Positions 20,155-30,169 of a DNA stretch of 64,000 nt are shown here, in pieces. This DNA is from Escherichia coli (GTDB taxonomy: Bacteria; Pseudomonadota; Gammaproteobacteria; Enterobacterales; Enterobacteriaceae): NCBI RefSeq assembly GCF_029227855.1, contig NZ_CP074356.1; one strand, given 5' to 3'. Each line of letters opens with the position of its first letter. Positions within the stretch are counted from its first letter, which is position 1. Below the pieces are notes generated by a model. The model saw nothing but the letters and a program-made list of their open reading frames with translations. It was not told the origin of the DNA and did not search any database. The position numbers and the translations under genes are program-made.

Positions 20155-22263
20155 TCAGTACTCTCTCATATCCGGCGTATCCTGCTTTTCATCAGGGGTC
20201 TTCGGTGGGGATTTCGAGGCTGCACAGTTCCAGTTAATCAACAGTGAGTCACCATTAACCTGCTCCTTACCCTGCAAATGAATTTTTGTGCCGTTGAGAA
20301 AAATTTGTCCGTCCTTAGTCAGCACCAGCCTTGCCTTACCACAGCAGAGTTCCAGATGCTCACCGGCGGAGTAAATCGCGGTCTGCCCGGTATCATCCTT
20401 TTTCGTTTTACCAACGGTGAAGGTAACGTTATTTCCGACTTTGACGTCATAACCCAGCCCGACCATCAACGACTTATGCAAACCGATCTGCGAGGACTGC
20501 ATCAGGGCCACCGAGGTGTTCATAATGCCACCTACCGTCGTCTGATACGCCACGCCCACGGTCAGCGCACGAACAAGTCCAATCGTTTCCACCTGAACAG
20601 AGCCCACTTTAATGATCTGGTTACTGCCCACCGTCTCTATCTGGTTAACGCCCACCGTCTGTATCTGATTGTTGGTAACCGCAATCACCTGATTGTTGCC
20701 GATGGTCTCAGCATGGCTGTTTATCACATCCGTGGTTCGGTTATTCAGCACCTCAGTGTTCATGTTCTTCTGCGCGTGGATGTAGACCTGTTCTTTCCCT
20801 GTCGCATCGTCAAACTTCAGTTCATTAAACCCGCTGCCCTTATAGGTTTTCGAACGAATGGTCATCTGCGTCTTTGTTCCCGGCAGGCTGCCGGGGGTGC
20901 GGTTTTCCTGGTGGTAGGTACGCCCCATAATAATCGGCTGGTCCGGATCGCCGTTGAGGAAGTCCACAATGACTTCCTGACCCACACGCGGTATCGCCAG
21001 GTTGCCAAAGCCGGTGCCTGCCCACGCCTGTGCCACACGGATCCAGCATGAACTGTCCTGGTTTGACGGGTTATAGCGGTCCCAGTTAAATTTCACCCGC
21101 ACGCGGCCATGTTCATCACAGAAGATTTCTTCTCCTGCCGGTCCCGTCACGACGGCGCTCTGCGGGCCGTCCACCAGCGGTTTCAGCAACGGCTGTGGCC
21201 GCCATGTTCTGTCTGCCGGTATTACCGCAAAGTGGTTATTCAGCGTGGTACCTGAACCCCTGCGTCCCGGCACCGCCTGCGGCTGCTCGCCGTGCAGTTC
21301 ACTTGCCACCACCTGCCATTCCCGGTTCAGGTTCGCCTGCGGATGCCCCGTCAGCGCAATTCGCCGTCCCGGCCATATCTCCGGCGAACGGCTTGTTCCG
21401 CGCGCCACTTCTGCGTTGTTTCGCCAGCCATCCATCTGCCAGCAGGCAAAGTTCTGCCCGTGGGCACCCTTGAAACGTCCGGGGTAGTCATACACTTCAT
21501 ACTGTGTGCGCTGGTAATCCTGGTGCTGGCCTTCCTGATCAAAACGCCCTGCCCAGCCGGGTCGTTTAAAGGTGTAGTCTTTGGTCACCACGGAAGATGG
21601 GCGGATTTGTGCGCTGTAGCGGAACTGGCTGATGCATAGGGTGCTCACCTCGGTACGGGTGTTCGGATTCCAGGGGATCTCAAAGGACTCCGGCAGATAA
21701 CGCACGGTGTCGCACAGGACCAGGCTCTGGTCGGTACTTTTTTGCGCGTGCTCCTCATAAAAGAAGATGCCTTCCTCCGCCGCCATCCGGCACAGGAAAT
21801 CGTAATCGGTTTCGCCGTACTGGACACAAAACTCACGGGAAGGATGCGGCTCGCTGAACAGCGGACTCCACTCGGTCACCCCGTTTTCTTTCAGGATCGT
21901 CGCGAGTATGCTTTCGATGTCCTCATTCTGGAAGATACGGAAGTTCTGGCGCAGCCCTGTGCGCCACAGCGGTGGGCACACCTTCATGCTGTACAGCATC
22001 TGGTTTTTGTCGTTCTCCCCCAGTTCAAACCAGGTCACCACACCTTTCACCCGGCGCTGTACGTCATCGCCCTGCCATACCGTCAGGTAGGCCATTTTGT
22101 CCAGCACCTGCGCAAATTCAAGGGAGAGAAACTGCTGGCTGACCAGAGAGAGATCGAGGGAAAAGAGCGAAGAGAGTGACTGGTTCAGATGAAAGGAGAC
22201 CACCGCAAACGCGTCCGGTGGCAGGCCGTCCACTTCCAGCGTGAAACGTAATCCGGTTGACAT
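20155..22263 (-). CDS. vgrG: Type VI secretion spike protein VgrG
   Basis: Start taken at MSTGLRFTLEVDG with GGAGG RBS (702 aa); recognised VgrG gp27/gp5-like sequence including repetitive beta-helix segment (VGVNQIETVGSNQIIKVGSVQVETIG); 66 nt upstream of the Rhs copy-2 start. Confidence 0.9.
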   Translation of the reverse strand: MSTGLRFTLEVDGLPPDAFAVVSFHLNQSLSSLFSLDLSLVSQQFLSLEFAQVLDKMAYLTVWQGDDVQRRVKGVVTWFELGENDKNQMLYSMKVCPPLWRTGLRQNFRIFQNEDIESILATILKENGVTEWSPLFSEPHPSREFCVQYGETDYDFLCRMAAEEGIFFYEEHAQKSTDQSLVLCDTVRYLPESFEIPWNPNTRTEVSTLCISQFRYSAQIRPSSVVTKDYTFKRPGWAGRFDQEGQHQDYQRTQYEVYDYPGRFKGAHGQNFACWQMDGWRNNAEVARGTSRSPEIWPGRRIALTGHPQANLNREWQVVASELHGEQPQAVPGRRGSGTTLNNHFAVIPADRTWRPQPLLKPLVDGPQSAVVTGPAGEEIFCDEHGRVRVKFNWDRYNPSNQDSSCWIRVAQAWAGTGFGNLAIPRVGQEVIVDFLNGDPDQPIIMGRTYHQENRTPGSLPGTKTQMTIRSKTYKGSGFNELKFDDATGKEQVYIHAQKNMNTEVLNNRTTDVINSHAETIGNNQVIAVTNNQIQTVGVNQIETVGSNQIIKVGSVQVETIGLVRALTVGVAYQTTVGGIMNTSVALMQSSQIGLHKSLMVGLGYDVKVGNNVTFTVGKTKKDDTGQTAIYSAGEHLELCCGKARLVLTKDGQIFLNGTKIHLQGKEQVNGDSLLINWNCAASKSPPKTPDEKQDTPDMREY

Positions 22264-23369
22264 AGCAACCTCCGTGAAAATGAATAATAATCCGCACATA
22301 TTGCATGTACAACATGTCGGGCGGATGAGATAAGCGAGTCGACATCTGGCGTTACCGGGGAATATCAAAAAAATGTCATGGTTATGTGATGATTTAGTCT
22401 GGGATTTTACTTCAGAGAAACGGGTGTCTGTTTAGTCAACAAAATAATCACAAACGCAACGGATGGGTTCTCGACGTTATTCACGACAGGCTCGTACATT
22501 ACAGCGAGTAATAAAAACCTGATATGCAAAGTCAAACCAATATTCATAATGTCTTTTTATTCACAACAATAAATAATTCAATAACAATCATTGAAATGAA
22601 TGATGGTTTGTATAAGGAATATACGCTACCGCCCCACCCTGATAACATGATCTGCACATTGCCATCTTAACGTCGTTAAACACTGGCTTAATAGTGGATA
22701 TTTAAAATTAGGAATTTATTAAATTCACCTGATGAATATCATAAGCAAATAGCATAGAAAATAATGACAACTCCCCCGAGGGGACCATTTCCAAAGCACT
22801 GCACCACCACCTGGTGCCCGGATGATCTTGCTTCAGTGGTAAGAGTACCTGATTCATTGTTCCCAAAATGGTGTTTTCCCGGGCCCCTCCAATAATGTGC
22901 AACTCTCACGTGATAATCTATTGATTAGGTTATATTAAGAATCAATATTTGAAATACATCCATTTTCTTGAATAAATCAACATGTTTATTTATCAATTGC
23001 TGTTTTAGCTCTGACTCATCAAGCTCTCCATATTTGTCCTACAGATAATCGCGAATAAATACAGAGAACGCCATTTATCCTTTTAGCATACCTGCCGGAT
23101 ATTTTTATTTGTATTAATATTAATTGCATCTCCAACTCCGGGCATATCCATCATTAAAAACATTTTGAGATTATAGAATGCCTGTGATAACAACTGAAAC
23201 ATCTGCACAATGTGAATAGTTAGTTTCTTTTCAGAGGAAATGAAATAGACAAGCTGAATGAAAGGGAGAGTGATATAAATTAAAAAAATAACATGAATCT
23301 AATTAATTACGTCCATCATTGTGGATAAAGTTACTGAATAATAAATAACATAATCTTCTGGTATCCCAC

Positions 23370-23987
23370 TCAAATAATTTCATTCCTTTTTAATACTTCT
23401 TGTAATTTCGGTAACTGACATACAGCTTCAGCGATCGCGCTGATATTCTGCGCATTATCGTGAAACCATTCATGCCCCGGCCCCCATGTGCGCATGGTGC
23501 AGAGATAACAGTCCACCAGCGTTAGTTGCTCGCCAAAGGCATAAGGTTCAGCGGTCAATTGTGAATTCAGCCAGATATAAAGCGATTTACGATATTCAAT
23601 AACATTCTTCTTTAACTGTTCGGGTGCGTCAGGAGCCCAACGCTCAGGGTAATCGGCGAAAGTGAATGTTGGATAGACATTAGCAACCAGCCAGACCAAT
23701 AGCCGTTGAAACTGCTGACGTTCGGCGCGCCCAACCGGTGGCGCAAGGTCCGGGCGACGATCGAGAACCATCAATGCAATCGCCGCTGTCTCCGTCATAA
23801 TCTCGTCATTTTCCAGCGCCAGTGTCGGAATCTGACACAACGGGTTCAGGGTTTTCAATAACTCGCGTGAAGTTCCCTCGTGGTCAAAACCACTGACATC
23901 AACGAACTGATAAGGAATATCAGCCAGTGTTAGCATCAGCTCACTGATTGTAGAGCCCCATCCGGGTACGCCATACACCTTAATCAT
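23370..23987 (-). CDS. yncG: Glutathione S-transferase-like protein
   Basis: 205-aa ORF recognised as YncG (GST fold). Confidence 0.85.
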   Translation of the reverse strand: MIKVYGVPGWGSTISELMLTLADIPYQFVDVSGFDHEGTSRELLKTLNPLCQIPTLALENDEIMTETAAIALMVLDRRPDLAPPVGRAERQQFQRLLVWLVANVYPTFTFADYPERWAPDAPEQLKKNVIEYRKSLYIWLNSQLTAEPYAFGEQLTLVDCYLCTMRTWGPGHEWFHDNAQNISAIAEAVCQLPKLQEVLKRNEII

Positions 23988-24253
23988 ATGCCCCTCACAA
24001 TCTTTTAAAGATTAAGTGTAGGACAGTACACAGGTTAACCAGCAAAAGGATTTGTCATTTTTTCGTCAGTTGTATTATTCCCCTTCAGGATTGTAAGGGG
24101 ATGTTTTGCATCGTTTATCGATAACGGGTAGGATGCTGCGCCGATAGTTTTATACCCATAAAGAATAATGGTGATAACTATCATCGCCAGGATGAATAAA
24201 CATTGTTCATGGCAACTTATATGACTTTTTCATTAAAGCAATCAGGGAGAGCA

Positions 24254-25753
24254 ATGAGTAAACACGACACCGACACTTCAGATCAACACGCCGCGAAACG
24301 CCGCTGGCTTAATGCCCACGAAGAGGGGTATCACAAAGCGATGGGCAATCGCCAGGTGCAGATGATCGCCATTGGCGGCGCGATTGGCACCGGCTTGTTT
24401 TTAGGTGCAGGAGCCCGACTGCAAATGGCGGGGCCAGCACTGGCACTGGTCTATTTAATCTGCGGCCTGTTTTCATTTTTTATTCTGCGTGCATTGGGTG
24501 AGCTGGTGCTACACCGCCCTTCCAGTGGCAGTTTTGTCTCTTATGCCCGTGAGTTTTTAGGAGAGAAAGCCGCTTACGTTGCAGGCTGGATGTACTTCAT
24601 CAACTGGGCGATGACGGGGATTGTCGATATTACCGCCGTTGCACTGTATATGCATTACTGGGGCGCATTTGGTGGTGTACCGCAGTGGGTCTTTGCGCTC
24701 GCTGCACTTACCATCGTTGGCACCATGAATATGATCGGTGTGAAATGGTTTGCGGAGATGGAGTTCTGGTTTGCGCTTATTAAAGTGCTCGCCATTGTGA
24801 CCTTTTTGGTCGTGGGTACAGTGTTCCTCGGTAGTGGTCAGCCGCTGGATGGCAACACCACTGGCTTTCATTTAATCACCGATAATGGCGGCTTCTTCCC
24901 CCACGGTTTGCTGCCTGCGCTGGTGTTGATTCAGGGCGTAGTGTTTGCTTTTGCCTCCATTGAAATGGTGGGTACAGCTGCCGGAGAATGTAAAGATCCG
25001 CAGACCATGGTGCCTAAAGCGATTAACAGTGTGATTTGGCGTATTGGCCTGTTTTACGTCGGCTCCGTGGTGTTGCTGGTTATGTTATTGCCGTGGAGCG
25101 CGTATCAGGCGGGGCAAAGTCCGTTCGTGACGTTTTTCTCTAAACTGGGTGTGCCGTACATCGGCAGCATTATGAACATTGTGGTGCTGACCGCTGCCCT
25201 CTCCAGCCTGAACTCAGGTCTGTACTGCACCGGACGTATTCTGCGCTCGATGGCGATGGGCGGTTCCGCACCGAGTTTTATGGCGAAAATGAGTCGTCAG
25301 CATGTGCCGTATGCCGGAATTCTGGCGACACTGGTTGTGTATGTCGTCGGCGTATTCCTCAACTATCTGGTGCCGTCGCGCGTATTTGAGATTGTGTTGA
25401 ACTTCGCGTCGCTGGGAATCATCGCTTCATGGGCGTTTATCATCGTGTGCCAGATGCGCCTGCGTAAAGCGATTAAAGAAGGCAAAGCAGCGGATGTCAG
25501 TTTTAAACTGCCTGGCGCGCCCTTCACTTCCTGGCTGACATTACTGTTTTTGCTGAGCGTCCTGGTGCTGATGGCGTTCGATTACCCGAACGGGACTTAT
25601 ACTATCGCGGCGCTGCCGATTATCGGTATTCTGCTGGTTATAGGCTGGTTTGGTGTGCGCAAACGCGTTGCTGAAATTCACAGCACTGCGCCAGTCGTCG
25701 AGGAAGATGAAGAACAACAGGAAATTGTGTTTAAGCCTGAAACGGCGAGTTAA
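24254..25753 (+). CDS. ansP: L-asparagine permease (APC family amino acid transporter)
   Basis: Start at MSKHDTD gives 499 aa; multi-helix APC transporter sequence. Confidence 0.9.
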   Translation: MSKHDTDTSDQHAAKRRWLNAHEEGYHKAMGNRQVQMIAIGGAIGTGLFLGAGARLQMAGPALALVYLICGLFSFFILRALGELVLHRPSSGSFVSYAREFLGEKAAYVAGWMYFINWAMTGIVDITAVALYMHYWGAFGGVPQWVFALAALTIVGTMNMIGVKWFAEMEFWFALIKVLAIVTFLVVGTVFLGSGQPLDGNTTGFHLITDNGGFFPHGLLPALVLIQGVVFAFASIEMVGTAAGECKDPQTMVPKAINSVIWRIGLFYVGSVVLLVMLLPWSAYQAGQSPFVTFFSKLGVPYIGSIMNIVVLTAALSSLNSGLYCTGRILRSMAMGGSAPSFMAKMSRQHVPYAGILATLVVYVVGVFLNYLVPSRVFEIVLNFASLGIIASWAFIIVCQMRLRKAIKEGKAADVSFKLPGAPFTSWLTLLFLLSVLVLMAFDYPNGTYTIAALPIIGILLVIGWFGVRKRVAEIHSTAPVVEEDEEQQEIVFKPETAS

Positions 25754-25865
25754 TTGCAAAATTGCCCGGCTACGTGCCGGGCAAATTCAAATTACTGACG
25801 AAGGTGCCGGATACGGCGTGATAAAAGTCAGGCAAGTCTCTCCGTTTTCACCCTCGCCATATCTA

Positions 25866-26927
25866 TTACAGCGCAATACGAATCACATCGTCCGGCTGGG
25901 TAGCTTCCTGCTGTTTAGTGGATTTTTGCTTCACACTGACATACAGCGTTTTACCATCGGCAGACAGCGCCAGGCTGTTCGGATGAGTCGGCGTATCGAA
26001 CGTTTTCACCACTTTATAGCTTTTCGCGTCAATCACACTGACTTTACCTGCCTGACGATGCGTTACATAGGCTTCATTACGCGCCGGGTTAAACAGCACA
26101 GCCAGTGATTCCGGTGCCGCAACCTTCGCCAGAATATTGCCATTACGGGTATCGACCACTAACACTTCTGCCGCTTTAGAATCGGTGATAAATGCACGCT
26201 GCCTGGCGGTATCAAGGCTAATGTTGATAAAGAAGTGCTCTTTGCCGTCATCCAGCAGCTTTTTACGGCTGAGGATTTTATTGTCGGCGGTGTCGATGGT
26301 AATCAATTCGCCGTCAGCGTTAGTGGTGTAAAGACGTTTGCCTTTGCTATCCAGCGCCAGACCGGTACTCATTTTACCGGTGTTCTGGATGGCGGTTTTC
26401 AGTTTGATATTCTCGCCATCAACGACCCAAATCACGCTCTCTTTACCAATACCACTGATGTAAACGGTGTTCGTGGCATCGTCTGCCACCAGCTCACGCG
26501 GTTGCAGCGGGCGCACCTCTTCAGTGCGCTTACGATCATCCAGCACCAGACGGCCTTTCACTTCGCCCGTTTTGGCATCTATCGCCGTGACCGCGCTGTT
26601 TACTGTGTTACCAAACCACAACGTCTGAGTCGTGTTATTGATGGTGGCACCAAACGGCTTGAGATCGTTATGGATCGCCTGCGTCACTTCCAGAGTGACC
26701 GGATCAAGACGATAAACCACGCCGCCTTTATCCAGTTTGCGACTTTGCGAAGTGGCGAGCCACAGCGCGTTTTCTTGCTGGCTATAAGCCATTTCGTAGG
26801 CACCTTTACCTACCGCTTTACGCAGCATTTCTTCTGCGGCCTGCGTACTGAATGATGAAGCAACAAGCAATGAACCTAACAGTAATGAACCACGCAGGCG
26901 CGATGAAAACAGATGACGTAAATGCAT
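25866..26927 (-). CDS. yncE: Periplasmic beta-propeller protein YncE
   Basis: 353 aa with signal peptide; recognised as YncE. Confidence 0.85.
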   Translation of the reverse strand: MHLRHLFSSRLRGSLLLGSLLVASSFSTQAAEEMLRKAVGKGAYEMAYSQQENALWLATSQSRKLDKGGVVYRLDPVTLEVTQAIHNDLKPFGATINNTTQTLWFGNTVNSAVTAIDAKTGEVKGRLVLDDRKRTEEVRPLQPRELVADDATNTVYISGIGKESVIWVVDGENIKLKTAIQNTGKMSTGLALDSKGKRLYTTNADGELITIDTADNKILSRKKLLDDGKEHFFINISLDTARQRAFITDSKAAEVLVVDTRNGNILAKVAAPESLAVLFNPARNEAYVTHRQAGKVSVIDAKSYKVVKTFDTPTHPNSLALSADGKTLYVSVKQKSTKQQEATQPDDVIRIAL

Positions 26928-27168
26928 GACGACTCCCTTTGATGAACCGATATTTGTGCTGCTTCACAATGCTTCGCTAAGCGTAATCATCGTTACGCTC
27001 TTGTTATAAATGGGAATGGTAATCATTATTTTCTCAAATGTGGAGCATTTCTTGCCGTTACGACTACAATTTTCTCAATTACTTAACGTATCGTGCCGTT
27101 TCGTTTTCCATAAATTTACAATTTTATTACCATAGCGGCGTTTTCCCATTCTTAACCTGGCTTTTTTC

Positions 27169-29271
27169 ATGAAGATTTTTTCCGTCCGACAGACCGTTTT
27201 GCCCGCACTGCTTGTCCTTTCCCCTGTTGTTTTTGCCGCTGATGAACAGACCATGATTGTCAGTGCCGCGCCGCAGGTGGTTTCAGAACTGGATACCCCA
27301 GCAGCCGTGAGCGTGGTGAATGGCGAGGAGATGCGTCTGGCAACACCGCGCATTAACTTGTCTGAATCACTGACCGGCGTGCCTGGTTTGCAGGTACAAA
27401 ACCGGCAGAACTATGCGCAAGATTTACAGCTGTCGATTCGCGGATTTGGCTCCCGCTCCACTTACGGAATTCGCGGTATTCGCCTGTATGTTGACGGTAT
27501 TCCCGCTACCATGCCCGACGGACAAGGGCAGACATCCAATATCGATTTAAGCAGTGTGCAAAATGTGGAAGTGCTGCGTGGCCCCTTCTCTGCCCTGTAT
27601 GGCAACGCGTCTGGCGGTGTAATGAATGTCACCACCCAGACCGGACAACAGCCACCAACCATTGAAGCCAGTAGTTATTACGGCAGTTTTGGCAGCTGGC
27701 GCTATGGGCTGAAAGCAACGGGCGCAACGGGAGACGGCACACAGCCCGGCGATGTCGATTACACCGTCTCAACCACGCGTTTTACGACCCACGGCTATCG
27801 TGACCATAGTGGCGCACAGAAAAATTTAGCCAATGCCAAACTGGGCGTACGCATTGATGACGCCAGCAAATTAAGCCTGATTTTCAATAGTGTGGATATC
27901 AAAGCAGATGACCCAGGTGGGCTAACCAAAGCAGAATGGAAGGCGAATCCGCAACAAGCGCCACGCGCTGAACAGTACGACACGCGAAAAACCATCAAGC
28001 AAACTCAGGCTGGGTTGCGCTATGAACGTAGCCTGAGCGCACAAGATGATATGAGTGTGATGATGTATGCCGGGGAGCGAGAAACGACCCAGTACCAGTC
28101 AATCCCGATGGCACCACAACTTAACCCGTCGCATGCGGGCGGCGTGATTACTCTGCAACGCCATTATCAGGGGATAGACAGCCGCTGGACACACCGTGGC
28201 GAGCTGGGCGTTCCGGTCACGTTCACTACTGGCCTGAACTACGAAAACATGAGTGAAAACCGCAAGGGCTACAATAACTTCCGCCTGAATAGCGGCGTGC
28301 CGGAATACGGGCAAAAAGGTGAGTTGCGCCGCGACGAACGCAATCTGATGTGGAACGTCGATCCCTATTTACAGACGCAGTGGCAGCTGAGCGAAAAACT
28401 GTCGCTGGATGCTGGCGTGCGCTACAGCTCCGTGTGGTTTGATTCCAACGACCATTACGTTACTCCGGGTAACGGCGATGACAGCGGTGATGCCAGTTAT
28501 CACAAATGGCTACCTGCCGGTTCGTTAAAATATGCAATGACCGATGCCTGGAATATCTATCTGGCAGCCGGGCGAGGTTTTGAAACGCCGACGATTAATG
28601 AGCTGTCTTATCGTGATGACGGTCAAAGCGGTATGAACTTTGGTTTAAAACCATCCACCAACGATACAATTGAGATCGGCAGTAAAACGCGTATTGGTGA
28701 TGGGCTGCTTAGTCTCGCATTGTTCCAGACCGACACCGATGATGAAATTGTTGTCGATAGCAGTAGCGGTGGGCGTACGACTTACAAAAATGCCGGAAAG
28801 ACCCGTCGCCAAGGCGCTGAACTGGCATGGGATCAACGTTTCGCGGGAGATTTTCGCGTAAAAGCGTCCTGGACCTGGCTTGATGCGACCTATCGCAGCA
28901 ATGTTTGCAATGAACAGGATTGTAACGGTAACCGGATGCCAGGGATCGCCCGTAATATGGGCTTTGCGTCGATAGGTTATGTACCGGAAGATGGCTGGTA
29001 TGCAGGTACGGAAGCGCGTTACATGGGCGATATTATGGCAGATGATGAAAATACGGCAAAAGCGCCGTCTTATACTCTCGTCGGCTTATTCACCGGGTAT
29101 AAATACAATTACCACAATTTAACTGTGGATTTATTTGGTCGTGTCGATAATTTATTCGATAAAGAATACGTTGGTTCTGTCATTGTCAATGAGTCAAACG
29201 GGCGATATTACGAACCTGCGCCCGGGCGAAATTATGGTGTGGGCATGAATATTGTGTGGCGATTTGAGTAA
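27169..29271 (+). CDS. yncD: TonB-dependent outer membrane receptor
   Basis: 700 aa; signal peptide, TonB box region, C-terminal aromatic residue (..IVWRFE). Confidence 0.9.
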   Translation: MKIFSVRQTVLPALLVLSPVVFAADEQTMIVSAAPQVVSELDTPAAVSVVNGEEMRLATPRINLSESLTGVPGLQVQNRQNYAQDLQLSIRGFGSRSTYGIRGIRLYVDGIPATMPDGQGQTSNIDLSSVQNVEVLRGPFSALYGNASGGVMNVTTQTGQQPPTIEASSYYGSFGSWRYGLKATGATGDGTQPGDVDYTVSTTRFTTHGYRDHSGAQKNLANAKLGVRIDDASKLSLIFNSVDIKADDPGGLTKAEWKANPQQAPRAEQYDTRKTIKQTQAGLRYERSLSAQDDMSVMMYAGERETTQYQSIPMAPQLNPSHAGGVITLQRHYQGIDSRWTHRGELGVPVTFTTGLNYENMSENRKGYNNFRLNSGVPEYGQKGELRRDERNLMWNVDPYLQTQWQLSEKLSLDAGVRYSSVWFDSNDHYVTPGNGDDSGDASYHKWLPAGSLKYAMTDAWNIYLAAGRGFETPTINELSYRDDGQSGMNFGLKPSTNDTIEIGSKTRIGDGLLSLALFQTDTDDEIVVDSSSGGRTTYKNAGKTRRQGAELAWDQRFAGDFRVKASWTWLDATYRSNVCNEQDCNGNRMPGIARNMGFASIGYVPEDGWYAGTEARYMGDIMADDENTAKAPSYTLVGLFTGYKYNYHNLTVDLFGRVDNLFDKEYVGSVIVNESNGRYYEPAPGRNYGVGMNIVWRFE

Positions 29272-29280
29272 TTACCTTGA

Positions 29281-29310
29281 TGCCCGGTATTTGCCGGGCA
29301 TTTAATTTAA
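29281..29310 (+). terminator. Putative intrinsic terminator after yncD
   Basis: Hairpin gcccgg-tatttg-ccgggc followed by a T-rich tract (atttaattt). Confidence 0.45.
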
Positions 29311-29972
29311 CGATTGTATTGCTGGTATAGAATAGCAATATTCTGTTGCATAATTTCAGCAAGACAATGTCTGCATCCCTCTTTGTCTTTTGCTTTTAGC
29401 GTGGCGAGTAATAGATGATAGTTTTCTATACGCTCCCGTAATTCCGCTGGATTAATCGCTTCATAGAGATAATGTAAACCAGGTCCCATCCTGACCCACA
29501 GTTGCTCAATCATCTCACACAGGATGGGCATATTTGAACGATGATAAATCGCTAAGCGAAATAGCCTGTTCGCATTAATGATTTGTTCCATGTCGCCCTT
29601 TTCTTGCGCCTGCTGTAATTTATCGAGCAATTCCTCGAGTTCCGCCAGGTCTTGCGGGGTGAGGTTTTCAACAGCCAGAGTAACTGCCATTAATTCCAGC
29701 TCGTAACGGATCCGATTGATTTCGTCTAATTGACGTTTCCCCACTTCCGGAACTGTAAATGCTTGCGCTGGTGCGACAGAAAGCGCATTCACCGAAACCA
29801 GACGTAATAATGCTTCACGCACAGGTGTAATACTCATACCTAATTGCTCTGCCAGATTTTTAGTAATCAGGCGTGCGCCAGGTTTTAGTGCGCCAATACA
29901 AAGCTGATGTTTCAGATCGTTCTCAACCTGCAGAGTCAAACTGACATGTTTCATTTTTTCCGTTCCAGGCAT
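29307..29972 (-). CDS. mcbR: GntR/FadR-family transcriptional regulator McbR
   Basis: Start at MPGTEK gives 221 aa; N-terminal winged-HTH then FCD domain. Confidence 0.85.
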   Translation of the reverse strand: MPGTEKMKHVSLTLQVENDLKHQLCIGALKPGARLITKNLAEQLGMSITPVREALLRLVSVNALSVAPAQAFTVPEVGKRQLDEINRIRYELELMAVTLAVENLTPQDLAELEELLDKLQQAQEKGDMEQIINANRLFRLAIYHRSNMPILCEMIEQLWVRMGPGLHYLYEAINPAELRERIENYHLLLATLKAKDKEGCRHCLAEIMQQNIAILYQQYNR

Positions 29973-30169
29973 TTTAATTCCTTCGCGTGTTTTCTGTCCA
30001 ACCCTGCCTGCATGGCAGAAGGAGTTCACCTGGTGTATTAAAGTGAATAATCATAAACCACTCACCTTTGTTGTTATTAGCAGCAGAACAATGACGTGGT
30101 TAGTTAATTAAAGCTGAAAATAAGCTTTTTGCCTGGATTTTTATGGCGGCTTACGCCGCCGTTGAAACT

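Noticed and set aside
20278-22179. Plus-strand ORFs antisense to vgrG (20278..21051, 21292..21639, 21742..22179)
   Set aside because: Overlap the strongly supported vgrG reading frame on the opposite strand; no start or RBS context, no domain signatures.
24203-24253. N-terminal extension of ansP (MFMATYMTFSLKQSGRA)
   Set aside because: The conserved protein begins at MSKHDTD; the extension is the usual upstream in-frame artefact of longest-ORF calling. The same applies to the extended starts of curA, mcbR, tehA, ydcO, ydcI, cybB, rimL, pptA and the IS200 tnpA.
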